A DNA stretch of 57,374 nucleotides, filler included, from Jimgerdemannia flammicorona (taxonomy: Eukaryota): assembly GCA_003990765.1 (NCBI GenBank). It is 3 parts of 3 records of this genome, joined end to end, with 100 filler letters (N's around TTAATTAATTAA, not from the genome) between each part and the next. Parts side by side here need not be neighbours in the genome. Positions count along the whole stretch, not along the records: positions 1 to 19,061 come from RBNJ01002038.1; 2 more parts are not named here. One strand, given 5' to 3'. The notes beneath the pieces are model-generated. The model was not told the DNA's origin and made no database searches. It was given only the letters and a program-made list of their open reading frames with translations. This document shows, piece by piece, positions 1 through 10,904 of this stretch. How positions within the stretch are numbered: position 1 is the first letter of the stretch; each line of letters opens with the position of its first letter. The position numbers and the translations under genes are program-made.

Positions 1-40
<40 letters not shown>

Positions 41-82
41 TCTCTGTCAGGAGGTCGCAATTCGTATCGTGTAACTACGAAC

Positions 83-378
83 CTTGCCGTTATTCGACGT
101 AACTTGTGTGCTCGGCAGATCTGCATTGGCCATTATTGGTATGGTGATATCTTTGCGCATGATGGACCGCTTGTAATTGGTATTTGTATTCTTCTGAAAG
201 TGGCCCTCTTTACTGAACAGGATCTCGTAATTGACCCCAACCGCAGCGACCATCGGAATTGAGGCACTCACGGCGCCCGGGGCACACCACTTGTTGTAGG
301 CGTTCTCGATATCAATGTTTTGATCACGATCATACTTGATCCATTGCTCTCCTTTGTAGTGCTGAGGGTCAGAATTAT

Positions 379-418
<40 letters not shown>

Positions 419-944
419 CGGAGGATGTGTAAAAGAGAACGCAGTTGTTGGTATAAAACACACATCACGAGCACTTACTTTTCCTCTAACATCCTCCTTC
501 CAGAACCACTGGTATGGGAGAGATTGGAATGTTGGCATGGCAGGAGTGGGATTCTGAATACGCAGAAAAACATTCCGTATTAGTATGCCATCAGTGTCAC
601 AGGAGATCACAATTCGTATCGTGTAGCCGCAAACCTTATTACTCGTGGGCTCAGCAGATCTGCTTACCGTTATTGGTATGGTGATATCTTTGCGCATGAT
701 GGACCGCTGGTAATTGGTACTTGTATTCCTCTGAACGTGTCCCTGTTCACCGAACAGGATTTCGTAGGTGACCACAGACGTGACACCGCCGACAATTTTC
801 ACCGAAGTAATCACGGGGATTGAGGCCCTCGCGGGGCCCGGGGCACTCCACTTGTTGTAGGCGTTCTCGATAGTAATATTTTGGTCACGATCATACTTGA
901 TCCATTGCTCTCCTTTGTAGTGCTGGGGGTCGGAAATTTAACGA

Positions 945-977
<33 letters not shown>

Positions 978-1110
978 TTTTAAAAAAAAAAAATTAATCA
1001 GTAAAAGAGAATAAGGCCGTCGTTGGTATGAAGCACACTCCACGAGCACTTACCTTTCCTTGAACATCCTCCTTCCAGAACCACTGGTATCGGAGAGGTT
1101 GGGATGTTGG
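83..1110 (-). repeat. Tandem duplication of a WWE exon-intron unit (~560-575 bp), each copy with an intron at the same position
   Basis: Near-identical blocks, e.g. ccttccagaaccactggtat at ~495 and ~1071, and tccattgctctcctttgtagtgctg at ~340 and ~901. The introns carry (TA)n at ~383-413 and (TTA)n at ~946-977. Confidence 0.9.
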
Positions 1111-4100
1111 CATGGATAGAACGCTTGAATCACCTAGACCCGTGGTAATCTCATCGTTTTCTATTTCTTTCCATTTCTCCGAGAGCACTTTTCTGAGTAT
1201 TCGATATACTTCCGTCGAATTCTGTTGATTGACACCCTCGAGATTAACACCTTCTCTATCCTTTGTCGGTGCCCCTTTCACCGCCTGTTCGGGCTTAAAG
1301 TCGATGATGCGCACTTTGTGAATCTGCGTTTTCGGCAAAGTTCGCATGACGGCATTCACAATGATCTTTGCGCCCTTCTCATGTGGAAATCCAGAGAGGC
1401 CCATGCTAATGGGCGGCAGGGCAACAGTCTTGCACCCTTTCGTGTTTGCCAGCAACAGGGCGTTGGTGATGGCCGCGTGCAGGAGCTCTTCCTTCTTTTT
1501 CGTACCAGAGGACCACACGGGTCCATTGACGTGTATGACGTATTTCACGCCTTTCGTTTGCAAGTCGCCGGCCGTTGTTACGATCGCATGCCCTTTCGTC
1601 ATAGTGCCGTGCTGCGCAATGTAGTTCTTGCATTCGTCGCGAAGTTGCTGACCAGCGGCATCGGCGATCACTTTGGCAATGCCACGCCCATGTTCGAGCC
1701 TCGCGCTAGCCGAGCTCACGATCGCGTCAACGGCTTCGTGAGCAATGTCTCCATAGACGAGCTACCAAACGCGATACAAAATGACGAAATAGAGCAATGT
1801 GAGCGAATTGCAATACCACGACGTGACTGGTTTCGTGCGTGCGATAGATAAATCTAGTAAATCAACTTTACCAACCTCGATAGCTTGATTAGTTGCCGGG
1901 ATTATCACACCGAAATCCATTTCCGGAGGAAGGATTTCGACGCAGTGTTGTTGTTCAATTTTCGTAACCTTATCTCTTTGCGCCAAAATGATCTCTGCCC
2001 GCTGACGGTCGATTCGTACTGGAGACGATTGCAACTCAGATATAACCTTGTCAGCATATGTCTTGAAACTGGCAAAAGCCTTGTCGATAGTGTTGCGTGC
2101 GCCAGAAATTTTGTATGAAAGGCAGTCGTCATTCCTTTCTGGTTTGATGCTGTGAACATAATGAATATTAATTAAATAGATGAAGATAGTTTCACATTAT
2201 TTCCGTTCATCATTCAAATCATGCACACAAGAGACCCGATCACAAGATTACACTTACCGCATATTATGCTGCATGGCGATCGCGTCGATTTCTTTTTCAT
2301 CTTTCCGTTTCTCAAACCATAAGCTGTAGCGGACGTCAGGAAACGTGTATGATCGCGAGGCACTTTCATTTTCCAGCAAAGTGGCCACGTTGACCTTGTC
2401 TGACACATCAACCACCTCATCTTTAACACCAGGGCCCACAACTGAAATGCCGGCGCTGATGCTAGTCCCGATGCCCGAAGCAACCACACCGGAGACGACA
2501 CCGGAGACGACAGCGGAACCAACAGACTTGGTAACATCAATGGCACCGGAGCCAACGGTGACGACACCAGAGCCGACAGCGGAACCAATGGACTTGGTAA
2601 CATTAATGGCATCGGATCCAACGATGGCGACACCAGAGCCGACGACCTTGATTTCATCATAGGCAGTACCACGAACGAACTTGGCACCATCGGCGACACC
2701 GTGGACGGCACCGGATGCGACACTGCCCCCGGCAACGGCGACCCCACCGACAACACCAGCAATAGCACCGAACCAGCTGCCGTCGGACTTGGGCATATCC
2801 TTCTGGGCAATAGCGACTCCGCCTACGATTTCAGCCGTCTTCTCTTCGACAATATCGGCTTCCTTAATGATCTCGGTGACGGACGTCCCACTACCAGATC
2901 CGATGATGATGCCACTAGGGCCAGCAACGTCCACCTTTTCTGCCACGATGTCAACTTCCTTGACGATGTCGATCTCCTTGATGATCTCGGTGACGGAGGT
3001 TTCGTTGCCAGATCCGATGACGACGCCACGAAGGGCAGCAACATCCACTTTCTCGCCGACGATGACAGTTTCTTGCCCGACCTCTCCGATATCGACCCCC
3101 TCCTTGTCGCCGAGGCTAACACCGAGCTCCTCGACGGTGGTAATGGTATCGGTCTCGGTTATCACTTCGACGATTTCTTCGACCTTCTTCGTGCTCGAGT
3201 CACCACCGACGACGACGTCTTCTTCCTCCACCTTGACAACCTCGGTTTGGCCGATAGTAACGATTTCCTCCTTGGCATCTGTTACAAAGAAGTATGCGAT
3301 TTTAGAATGAGTTATTTGGCACTGTAGGTTCAACGGAAGAAACCCCCCGGGATACGCAATATTAGAAGATAAATTACATACCCGTCAACGACAAGATCTT
3401 CTCATTAACCTTCCCTGCGGCACCCTTGCCGAGCTTGACAGCGCCGACCGCGGCAGCTCCAGCAGCAACAGTTGTGATGATAGCGGCGTCACCAATAACT
3501 CCAGCGGTATCCTTGAGAACGGTGCCAGCAACATCGCCAGTCTTGACAACGGCACTTCCAGCATACGTGGCACCATGAACAAGGCCGACGACACCTTCCT
3601 TAACGAGATTGAGATTGCCAGCGCCAATAGCACCATCCTTGGCCAGGATACCGGCGCCAACAGCGCCCGCAACGACGGCACCTCCAATAGCGACGGCAGC
3701 ATCCTTCTTCTCGGCTTCGGCGATAACAACAGTAGTCGCGGTGGCACCGACAAGATCGGTAGAGGATGGAACGGATGTCGAGGGCTTCTTCCTACCTTTG
3801 CCCTTCTTCGGAAAAATAGGAACCAGGAAGGTCCAGTGGCACTCGGGGTGCTGCTCACGGTGCTCCTTGGGCTGCTTCACCTCAGTAAGGAAAATTTCGA
3901 GCGAGGTCTTGCCGCCCAGAACGAGGTCCTTCGGGGTCAGACACAGGGACTTTTGGGTAAGCGAGAAAATGTACTCTTGGGGGTTGACTCCCCAGCGCTG
4001 GAAGACGCGGTCGCCGGCCTTGGCGGGGTTTTGGATCAAAGGCCAGTACGACTCCTTGTTGTCTAAAACATTGTTCAAATAATAAATAAATGTTAGATTA

Positions 4101-4631
4101 CCGTGCGAACAAAGATGGGGGAGAGGAATTAATTACAGGCGACAAAAACAAAAAGTATTTACCAGCGCACACATCAATGACCAAACGACTCTTCAAGTTT
4201 ATTATGTAACCTTTGCGGTAAGTCCAAAGCTGGCTAGCATAATCTTCGGAGCGCAGGCAGGTTAGGACGACCTCGGCACCAGCGTGCGTGGAAGAGTTTT
4301 GCACGTCGAAGACGAAGCCGTGAAGGGCACTCTTGATGAAGAACCATCCTTTGGGGAAATCGTTGGTATCTTGGATTTTCTTGTAGCGCCAGACGCTCCT
4401 GAAGCCATTGGGAAGGGCTCTCTCTTCGGCAGCGCTGATTAGCGGGGTGGTGAGGAGGACCTCTTCGCCGGAATCTGAATACGAGAGAGATTATTTCTTG
4501 TTTGTAGTGGCGGAATCGAGAGAAAAACAGCTTGTATATTGTCAAATGAAGCGGTTCCACTCCAAAAAAAAAAAAAACGTACCAGCTTCTATCTTGAACC
4601 TTTGACGTTTGGTGGTGGTGCTAGTGCTCAT
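83..4631 (-). CDS. Multi-exon ricin-B lectin - G/A/V-rich linker - KH-like - macrodomain - WWE - WWE protein (PARP14/PARP9-like architecture); 3' end lies beyond the window
   Basis: Phase-consistent GT-AG exons 4631-4583, 4474-4163, 4062-3382, 3278-2258, 2149-1876, 1761-1054, 922-635 (or 668), 553-479, 361-83. Ricin-B: FPKGWFFIKSALHGFVFDV..SQLWTY..FQRWG. Macro: IELVYGDIAHEAVDAIVSSASARLEHGRGIA..TTAGDL..YVIHVNGPVW..VALPPISMGLSGFP. WWE x2: YQWFWKED..WIKYDRDQN..IENAY..Y.RSIMR. Donor GTTCGT at 82 opens an intron that runs off the edge. Confidence 0.85.
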
Positions 4632-4780
4632 TATTGTTACGACAATGGACTGTGGGTGGTGAAGAAGGACACGGGGAGAAGAGGTAGTGTGGGTTGTGGG
4701 GAATGCGGGTGAGTTTTGGAATGTACAAGGAGGGTGCGGGTGGGTATATAAACAAGGGTGCGGTGGTGTATAGGGGGTAT

Positions 4781-4838
4781 CCAGGTGTCAAGATTGGGGG
4801 TGTCCAGGTGTCAAGATTGGGGGTGTCGAGGTGTCAAG
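4781..4838. repeat. ~2.5 copies of a 23-bp unit ccaggtgtcaagattgggggtgt upstream of the lectin-macro-WWE gene
   Basis: Direct repeats at 4781-4803 and 4804-4826, partial copy at 4827-4838; TATA-like tttatata on the minus strand at ~4745-4752. Confidence 0.7.
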
Positions 4839-5008
4839 CTTTTGGCTTTTGGAATCATACTGCGCATTGCTATATACCGTCTTATAGCCAGAGTGACGTA
4901 CGCCACAGCTGCGTCATTTAAGTGATGTATATATCCTCAGAAGCAATGGCTTTGATGGATTTCCTCAGCTCACGCGTGACGTTTGTAACCTAGCTGCCGT
5001 CAAAGTTT

Positions 5009-5058
5009 CATTGGCTAGCTGCTGCCATTGGCTAGTTGCCGCCACAGTTCCATTGGCT
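5009..5058 (-). promoter_or_regulatory. Three clustered CCAAT boxes (cattggct on + strand)
   Basis: cattggct at ~5009, ~5026 and ~5051, about 400 bp upstream of ATG 4631; function inferred. Confidence 0.4.
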
Positions 5059-5204
5059 TTGCTGCCATTTTGTCCCAGTTGATATAGGCGTTAATTATAG
5101 GGGTGTGACTCCTACTTGTGATTGCTTTGTTGTAGATAAATAAGCTTATCCCTTAGTCTATAAATGAGAATGTCGCTAAGTAGGTGATGAAAGAAAAAAA
5201 AAAA

Positions 5205-5560
5205 TTAGTTACATTTCAAAATCCAAATTTAACTATATTATAAAATAATAAATAATTAAATATAATTAAACTTATTAATATGTTAGTAATATTTTTAACT
5301 ATATTATTAATATTTAAATCATTTAAATTATATATATTATTATTTTATAATATAATCAAATTTGGCTTTATAAATTTAACTTATAAAATAAATAATATCA
5401 TCAAGAGTTTCAGAAATTTTGAGCCTAATGATAATGATTAAGTATAAAATAACCATAATAACTAAGTGACTTCTAGTTATTGTAAAATATTTCCTGAATA
5501 ACTTTCTAAGATATAAAGATTCAATTACTTCATTGCAGTAAGATGTAAAGAGGTAAAGAG
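5205..5560. other. Very AT-rich tract, probably a terminally decayed repeat
   Basis: Almost no C/G and no CpG; same texture as 28020-28440, 41100-41590 and 42715-43376. Confidence 0.5.
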
Positions 5561-6849
5561 GTTGTAGGGAGAGGGAGTGGGAGGAAGGATAATTATAGCA
5601 GTTTGTCAGAAGGGTGTAGAGTGTAGATTGAGAGAGAGAGGGGAGGATGAAGGAAAAAGTGGCGCATGCCAAGAGGTATATAAGTTGCATGGCGTCCATG
5701 GCACGTGAAAGCCTGATGCAATTAAATACTGTATATACTTATTTTTTCAACTAGCAAATTTGCTACCAGATACCAGATACACATTGATACACGATAGTGC
5801 TGATACGCCTGGAGCAGATACCAGAAACTTTTCATGTGATGTAACTACGACCCTCCACTTAGTGGATTCCTTAGCAAACGCGTCATCCTAATTAGATCAG
5901 ACTACAAACGGCCCCTTTTATTACTGTGAACCTCATAGAAACCACATGGCCAAGGCAACGGCTTACCCGAAACGATTGGCACCCGAACTACAACATAAAC
6001 CGCATCGTATCACTGTACAATACCAGAATTTGTGATGTAAACGACTTCCCTGACTTCTGACGTAAGCACCTGACAGATAGCTAAGCTGCGATGTTTATTG
6101 ATATAAATATTTTTCTTCATTTGCAATGGCAAGTAATGTAGGTATAAAGGCAATGCAATGAATATGGACAAAATGACTAATATTTGACAAAGCATCATAG
6201 CAGAAAATTCTTCAGGAATCATCAAATTGCAAGCTTTATCCAAAATATGTCAATCTGGAATTTATCCGAAATGGAATGCTGTAGAAGCAGATGTACTGGG
6301 TTCAGAATGCTGTAGAAACAGAATGCATCAATTTTGAATGTTGTAAAAGAAGATGCATTGAATCATAATGCCGTAGAAAATGATGCACTCATAATACTTC
6401 CACTCCAAATGTTGCTGAAGACGAATACACCAGAATGCCTAGAATGTCATAGAACCAGAATACATAAGGTGAGAATGACAAAAATATTTTGTGATGACGA
6501 ATTTGGACAAACCAGCAAGAAGACGCGGAATCCAAGGAACTATGGAACTTGGAAGAAGAAAGCCATAGTCCATTATCAGCAAAAGACGACAGGTTCATTT
6601 CCAGGCTTGACAGGTCGCCTTACGAAGTTTTATTTAGGCAAAAGCGTCGCGATAAATCCGACTTTTGCAGGCAAACGACCGCGACAAATTTCAAGTAGAA
6701 TTCACAGATGCCTGTTCCTTTGGGTCGCGAACACTGGACACGCAAAAGCCGTTCGAGAAATGCAGCCACGAGGAGCTTCAAGCTCTCTGGTATCGAGCCT
6801 TATGACAAGGAGCGTTATGAGCTGGTGGGACACGCTCTAGTTACTGGAC

Positions 6850-6891
<42 letters not shown>

Positions 6892-7055
6892 TTATCTGAA
6901 AACTTTGGGCGATGTTTTCAGGATTGTGTGGAAACATTCTCTCCAGTGACTTTATTCAAAATCGTCTTGGTTTGATTTTGGAGTTACACAAGTCACCAGT
7001 CACCATTTAAAAATTGATTACTGCGGTCTTCCTTTTTGCATTACAATCCCATCCT

Positions 7056-10000
7056 ATGGATATCGCAAGCGCGAGCAGAACCACCCACACGGAGAATGCC
7101 ATTTCTGTACACGACTGTATGTTTTGGACATGCTTGATGTTTGAGAGCGTGGCACGTAAAGACACTGAACTGTTTTTTTTGCTAATGCTTGCAGACGAGA
7201 GGATAACGGCAAGGATACTGCCTAACCTAGGCCATGACGTACACGATTTTCAAGTCTTCCATTGGAAAATCAAAAGTTGGCGTGCACTGACGGATAGGAC
7301 GCTCAGCCCGGAATTTGAGGCGGGCGGTTGGAAATGGTATGCATGCTGTCAATGTATTCGCACTTGAACTATCAGCCTGAGACAACTGGGGTTTTAACCG
7401 TTTTTTCCGCACATGCAGGAAGATTATGCTCTACCCTTTTGGCAACGGCCAGAACGAAAATTCCTCTATATATCTTCAATTCGCAGACCCCGGGGCGGCC
7501 GAGCAGGGAATGCATTCGTGCGTTCAGTTCGCGCTGGTGATGTCCAACCCGTTCGATCCGACCCAATGGGAGTATTACAATGCTCACCACCGATTTTGTG
7601 CTGACGAGTCTGAATGGGGGTTCACTCGATTCTACGATATAAACAAGATGTTTCAGCCAAATCACAGGCGCTCGCATCCCTTGATTGACGATGACCAGAC
7701 TACCATTTCTGCTTTCGTGCGTGTCGTAAAAAATCCTACTGGGGAACTGTGGCCCAACTTTGTTAGGTGAGTGTGCCTTGTGAGAAAATGTAGCGAACCC
7801 ATTCCTTGCGATTGTAAATGTAGCACACTGTTTGGGATCTTTTTACTTAGCTACGACTCCAAGAAGGTCACTGGTTTTGTTGGTCTCATAAACCAGGGAG
7901 CGACAGGTTACTTGAACACGGCTGTACAATGTTTATACATGATAAAACACTTTCGTAAAGCCGTCTATAAGATCCCAACGGAATCCGATGTACCCACCAA
8001 GAATGTTGCCTTGGCTCTACAGCGCGTGTTTCATAACCTCCAGTTCTCGGAAGTACCTGTTGGTAGGTAGGCGCTAGGATGCTAAGTACCGGAAAGAGTG
8101 CTGGAACGTCTTATAAGTCAGCCAATATCATTTAAATGTAGGTGGAGGTTTTGAATCCGCTCGGCTGTTTGGCTAACGAACAACGAACAACGATTCCGGT
8201 ATGCTTCATGTATGATTAGGTACAATGGAGCTAACAAAGAGTTTCGGATGGGGTTCTCTCGAAACGATCATACAGCACGACGTCCAAGCATTTACCCGTA
8301 TTTTGCAGAACAAGCTGGAATCAAAAATGAAGGTGGGTAGTAAATGCTAAATTATGCGCCATTTGATGCCAGATACTATGCTACAATACGTCTATCTGAT
8401 GATATTTTGCCATTTTTAGAACACACCGGCTGATGGCAACATGAAGAAACTATTCGTCGGCAAAATGAGAAGTTATGTCAAGAGCATTATTACCGATTAC
8501 GAGTCCTCGCGCGTGTATGATTATTATGGTAGGCCGAAAAAGCGCTTCTTTCGAATCACCAATGCAGATAAATATTGATTCTTGACTTATTCTGATTTCG
8601 CAATATATTAGATATTCAACTCGATGTGAAGGGGTGCAAAAACCTCTATGAATCTTTTGTGAAATTTGTGGCTCAGCACTCGGAGAAACAACAGATCGAA
8701 GGCCGCGGTTTGCAAAACGTCAAAAAGGGTGTTTATTTCGAGAGCTTCCCGCCCGTGCTATATATACAACTGAACCGGTATGAGTATGACATTTCAAAGG
8801 GTGCTATGGTCAAGGTGGGTCCAAGATATGAATAGGCGCATAGTTTCGAATAATTAATCGTCCGTCTTTTAGAAAATAATTAATGCCTTTGGTGTTTAGA
8901 TTAATGACCGCCATGAATTTCCATTGGAGATCGACCTCGAAGAGTTTCTTCCTCTGGCCACTGACAGCAACAGACCGCACAAATATCTCCTTCACGGGTA
9001 AGAGTGCTTGATCAGAAAAATAACGGCCAATGAGAACACCCCGCACATTGTTTGCATTGCAGGCTGTTGCTGACATTTCACTTTTTCATATTCAGCGTCC
9101 TAGTACATAGCGGTAGTCTTCACCGTGGCAAATACTTTGCTCTTCTGAAGCCCGAAAAGGACAGCACATGGTTCAAGTACGACGATGACCGTGTTACTCC
9201 TGTAACGGACCATGATGTGTTTGAGGATAACTACGGGGGTGAGGCGCCCAACGCCAACCAACTCATGGCCCTGAGACCACAAACGGAGGCAAGCAAAAAG
9301 GTTACGAGCGCGTATATACTTGTATATATTCGTGAGTCCAATGTCGACGAGGTGCTCGCGCCAATGGCACCCGGTGATATTCCACCCCATTTAAGTGCGT
9401 ATCGTTTCTTATTTTTCCATTTTTTTTTTTTTTTTTTTTATTCTTTCTATTGGGTTGTCTGCTCGGAGAACCTGGAAGCAACAAAGTTTTGTGGTGATTA
9501 GGAAAAAAACACATGGTTGTCATATTACAGAACTTTTATTGTTAACTTGCTGGTCTGAACGATTCACTAAGAAAAACATGTTGACGAGAAGGACCTGCAG
9601 GAAAAGTCTCTGACTGCCAAGGTGAGCTGCATTCAGCAGTTTTCGCGTAATATATGATTCCCTTGTTACAATATCTAATACATGTGCGATCATTTGCTCC
9701 AGGTCATGACAGACGAGACGTTGAAGGTACATCAAGGTTTCGATCTGGCGAATTTCAACGATACGACGAAGCAGTCAGAAATATCATCCTTCCTCGTAAA
9801 GAAGGGGGAGACGTTTGCAGTTTTCAAACAATCAGTCGCAGACCATTTCCAAGTCCCAGTCGACAGATTCAGGCTGTGGATTCTTGTCACCCGACAAAAT
9901 CGGACGGTCAGGCCTGACCAACCGATCCCGGAGACAGAAGCCAATTCGTGTGAGCGTTGGGATATTTATTTTATTTTATTTTATTTATTGAATTTCCTTC

Positions 10001-10809
10001 CAAATAAAATCGGATGTTGTTCAATGGTGTCAGGAGCCATAAAATGCCTGTACTAACATAGTATTTGTTAAACCACTGGTTTGTAGCAATGGAGGTCATA
10101 CAAAACGAAATGAATGGCAACCAGAGCACACTGCGGCTCTATCTCGAGGTGATTGATCAACCGATTAACGGTAAACTCTGGCCTCCCAAGGGTACATTCG
10201 CCGGCTCATATCCGATGATCTTTATCAAGTACTTTGACTTGGAGACACAGAAAATCGAGTTAGTAGAGCTTTTATATTATGATGTTGCTACTTTTCTATA
10301 GTTGTGCCGAATCACTTAATCAGATATGGCCGGATATGTGTGTCGACAGGAGTTGCGGAAAGCTCTATGTGAGCCTGAACGGGAAAGTTTGCAATATCAT
10401 TCCGATCTTGAAGAAGAAGAAGGGATTCCCATCGAATACTAGGCTGAAATTGTTCGAGGTAGGCCAATTTGATGAGTGGGACGTGCCCTCAGTATGGCTA
10501 AGTAATGCCTCAGCAATTGACATATATATTACAAATTAAAGGAAATCAAACCCACCATGATTGAAGCCATGAAGATAACAGCGACATTCCGGCAGTCCGA
10601 AATTCAAGATGGAGACATTATTTGCTTCCAGAAGGAGATTTCTGAAACAGAGTAAGTAACATGGAAATACTATTGAATTTATTCTTCTGTTACTCAATGT
10701 AATTATCCTTCAAAATTACATCAGGGCTGCCGAATATCGGTCGCAAGGTTATGCGGCTACCATAATCGAATTCTTCGAGCAGATCATCATCGCAAAACTA
10801 AATCAGTGA
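7056..10809 (+). CDS. USP7/Ubp15-like protein (MATH + USP + UBL1-2), catalytically dead and C-terminally truncated, ~785 aa, 15 exons
   Basis: MATH: FHWKIKSW..SPEFEAGGWKWKIMLYPFGN..HHRF..EWGFTRF. Cys box: GLINQGATGYLN. Also ELTKSFGW..QHDVQ and FPPVLYIQL. His box: VLVHSGSLHRGKYF..WFKYDDDRV. UBL: HQGFDL..RQNRTVRP..EIQDGDIICFQ. Stop TGA at 10807-10809. The frame can be kept through all exons (two AAG acceptors needed). Confidence 0.88.
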
Positions 10810-10904
10810 TTTGTGTCTGGGTGTTCTGTCCCTGCTATATACATAATATCTGTGAATTATTCAATATCAATATAGTAAGACTTGTGTTTTGTTTACATAT
10901 ATAG

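Noticed and set aside
2345..4082. Long plus-strand ORFs opposite the lectin gene
   Set aside because: They are antisense shadows of GC-rich, codon-biased coding sequence.
6250..6840. ORF 6334-6840 with NAVE.D-like repeats
   Set aside because: Repeats fall in different frames and no domain is recognisable; possibly a relic but unsupported.
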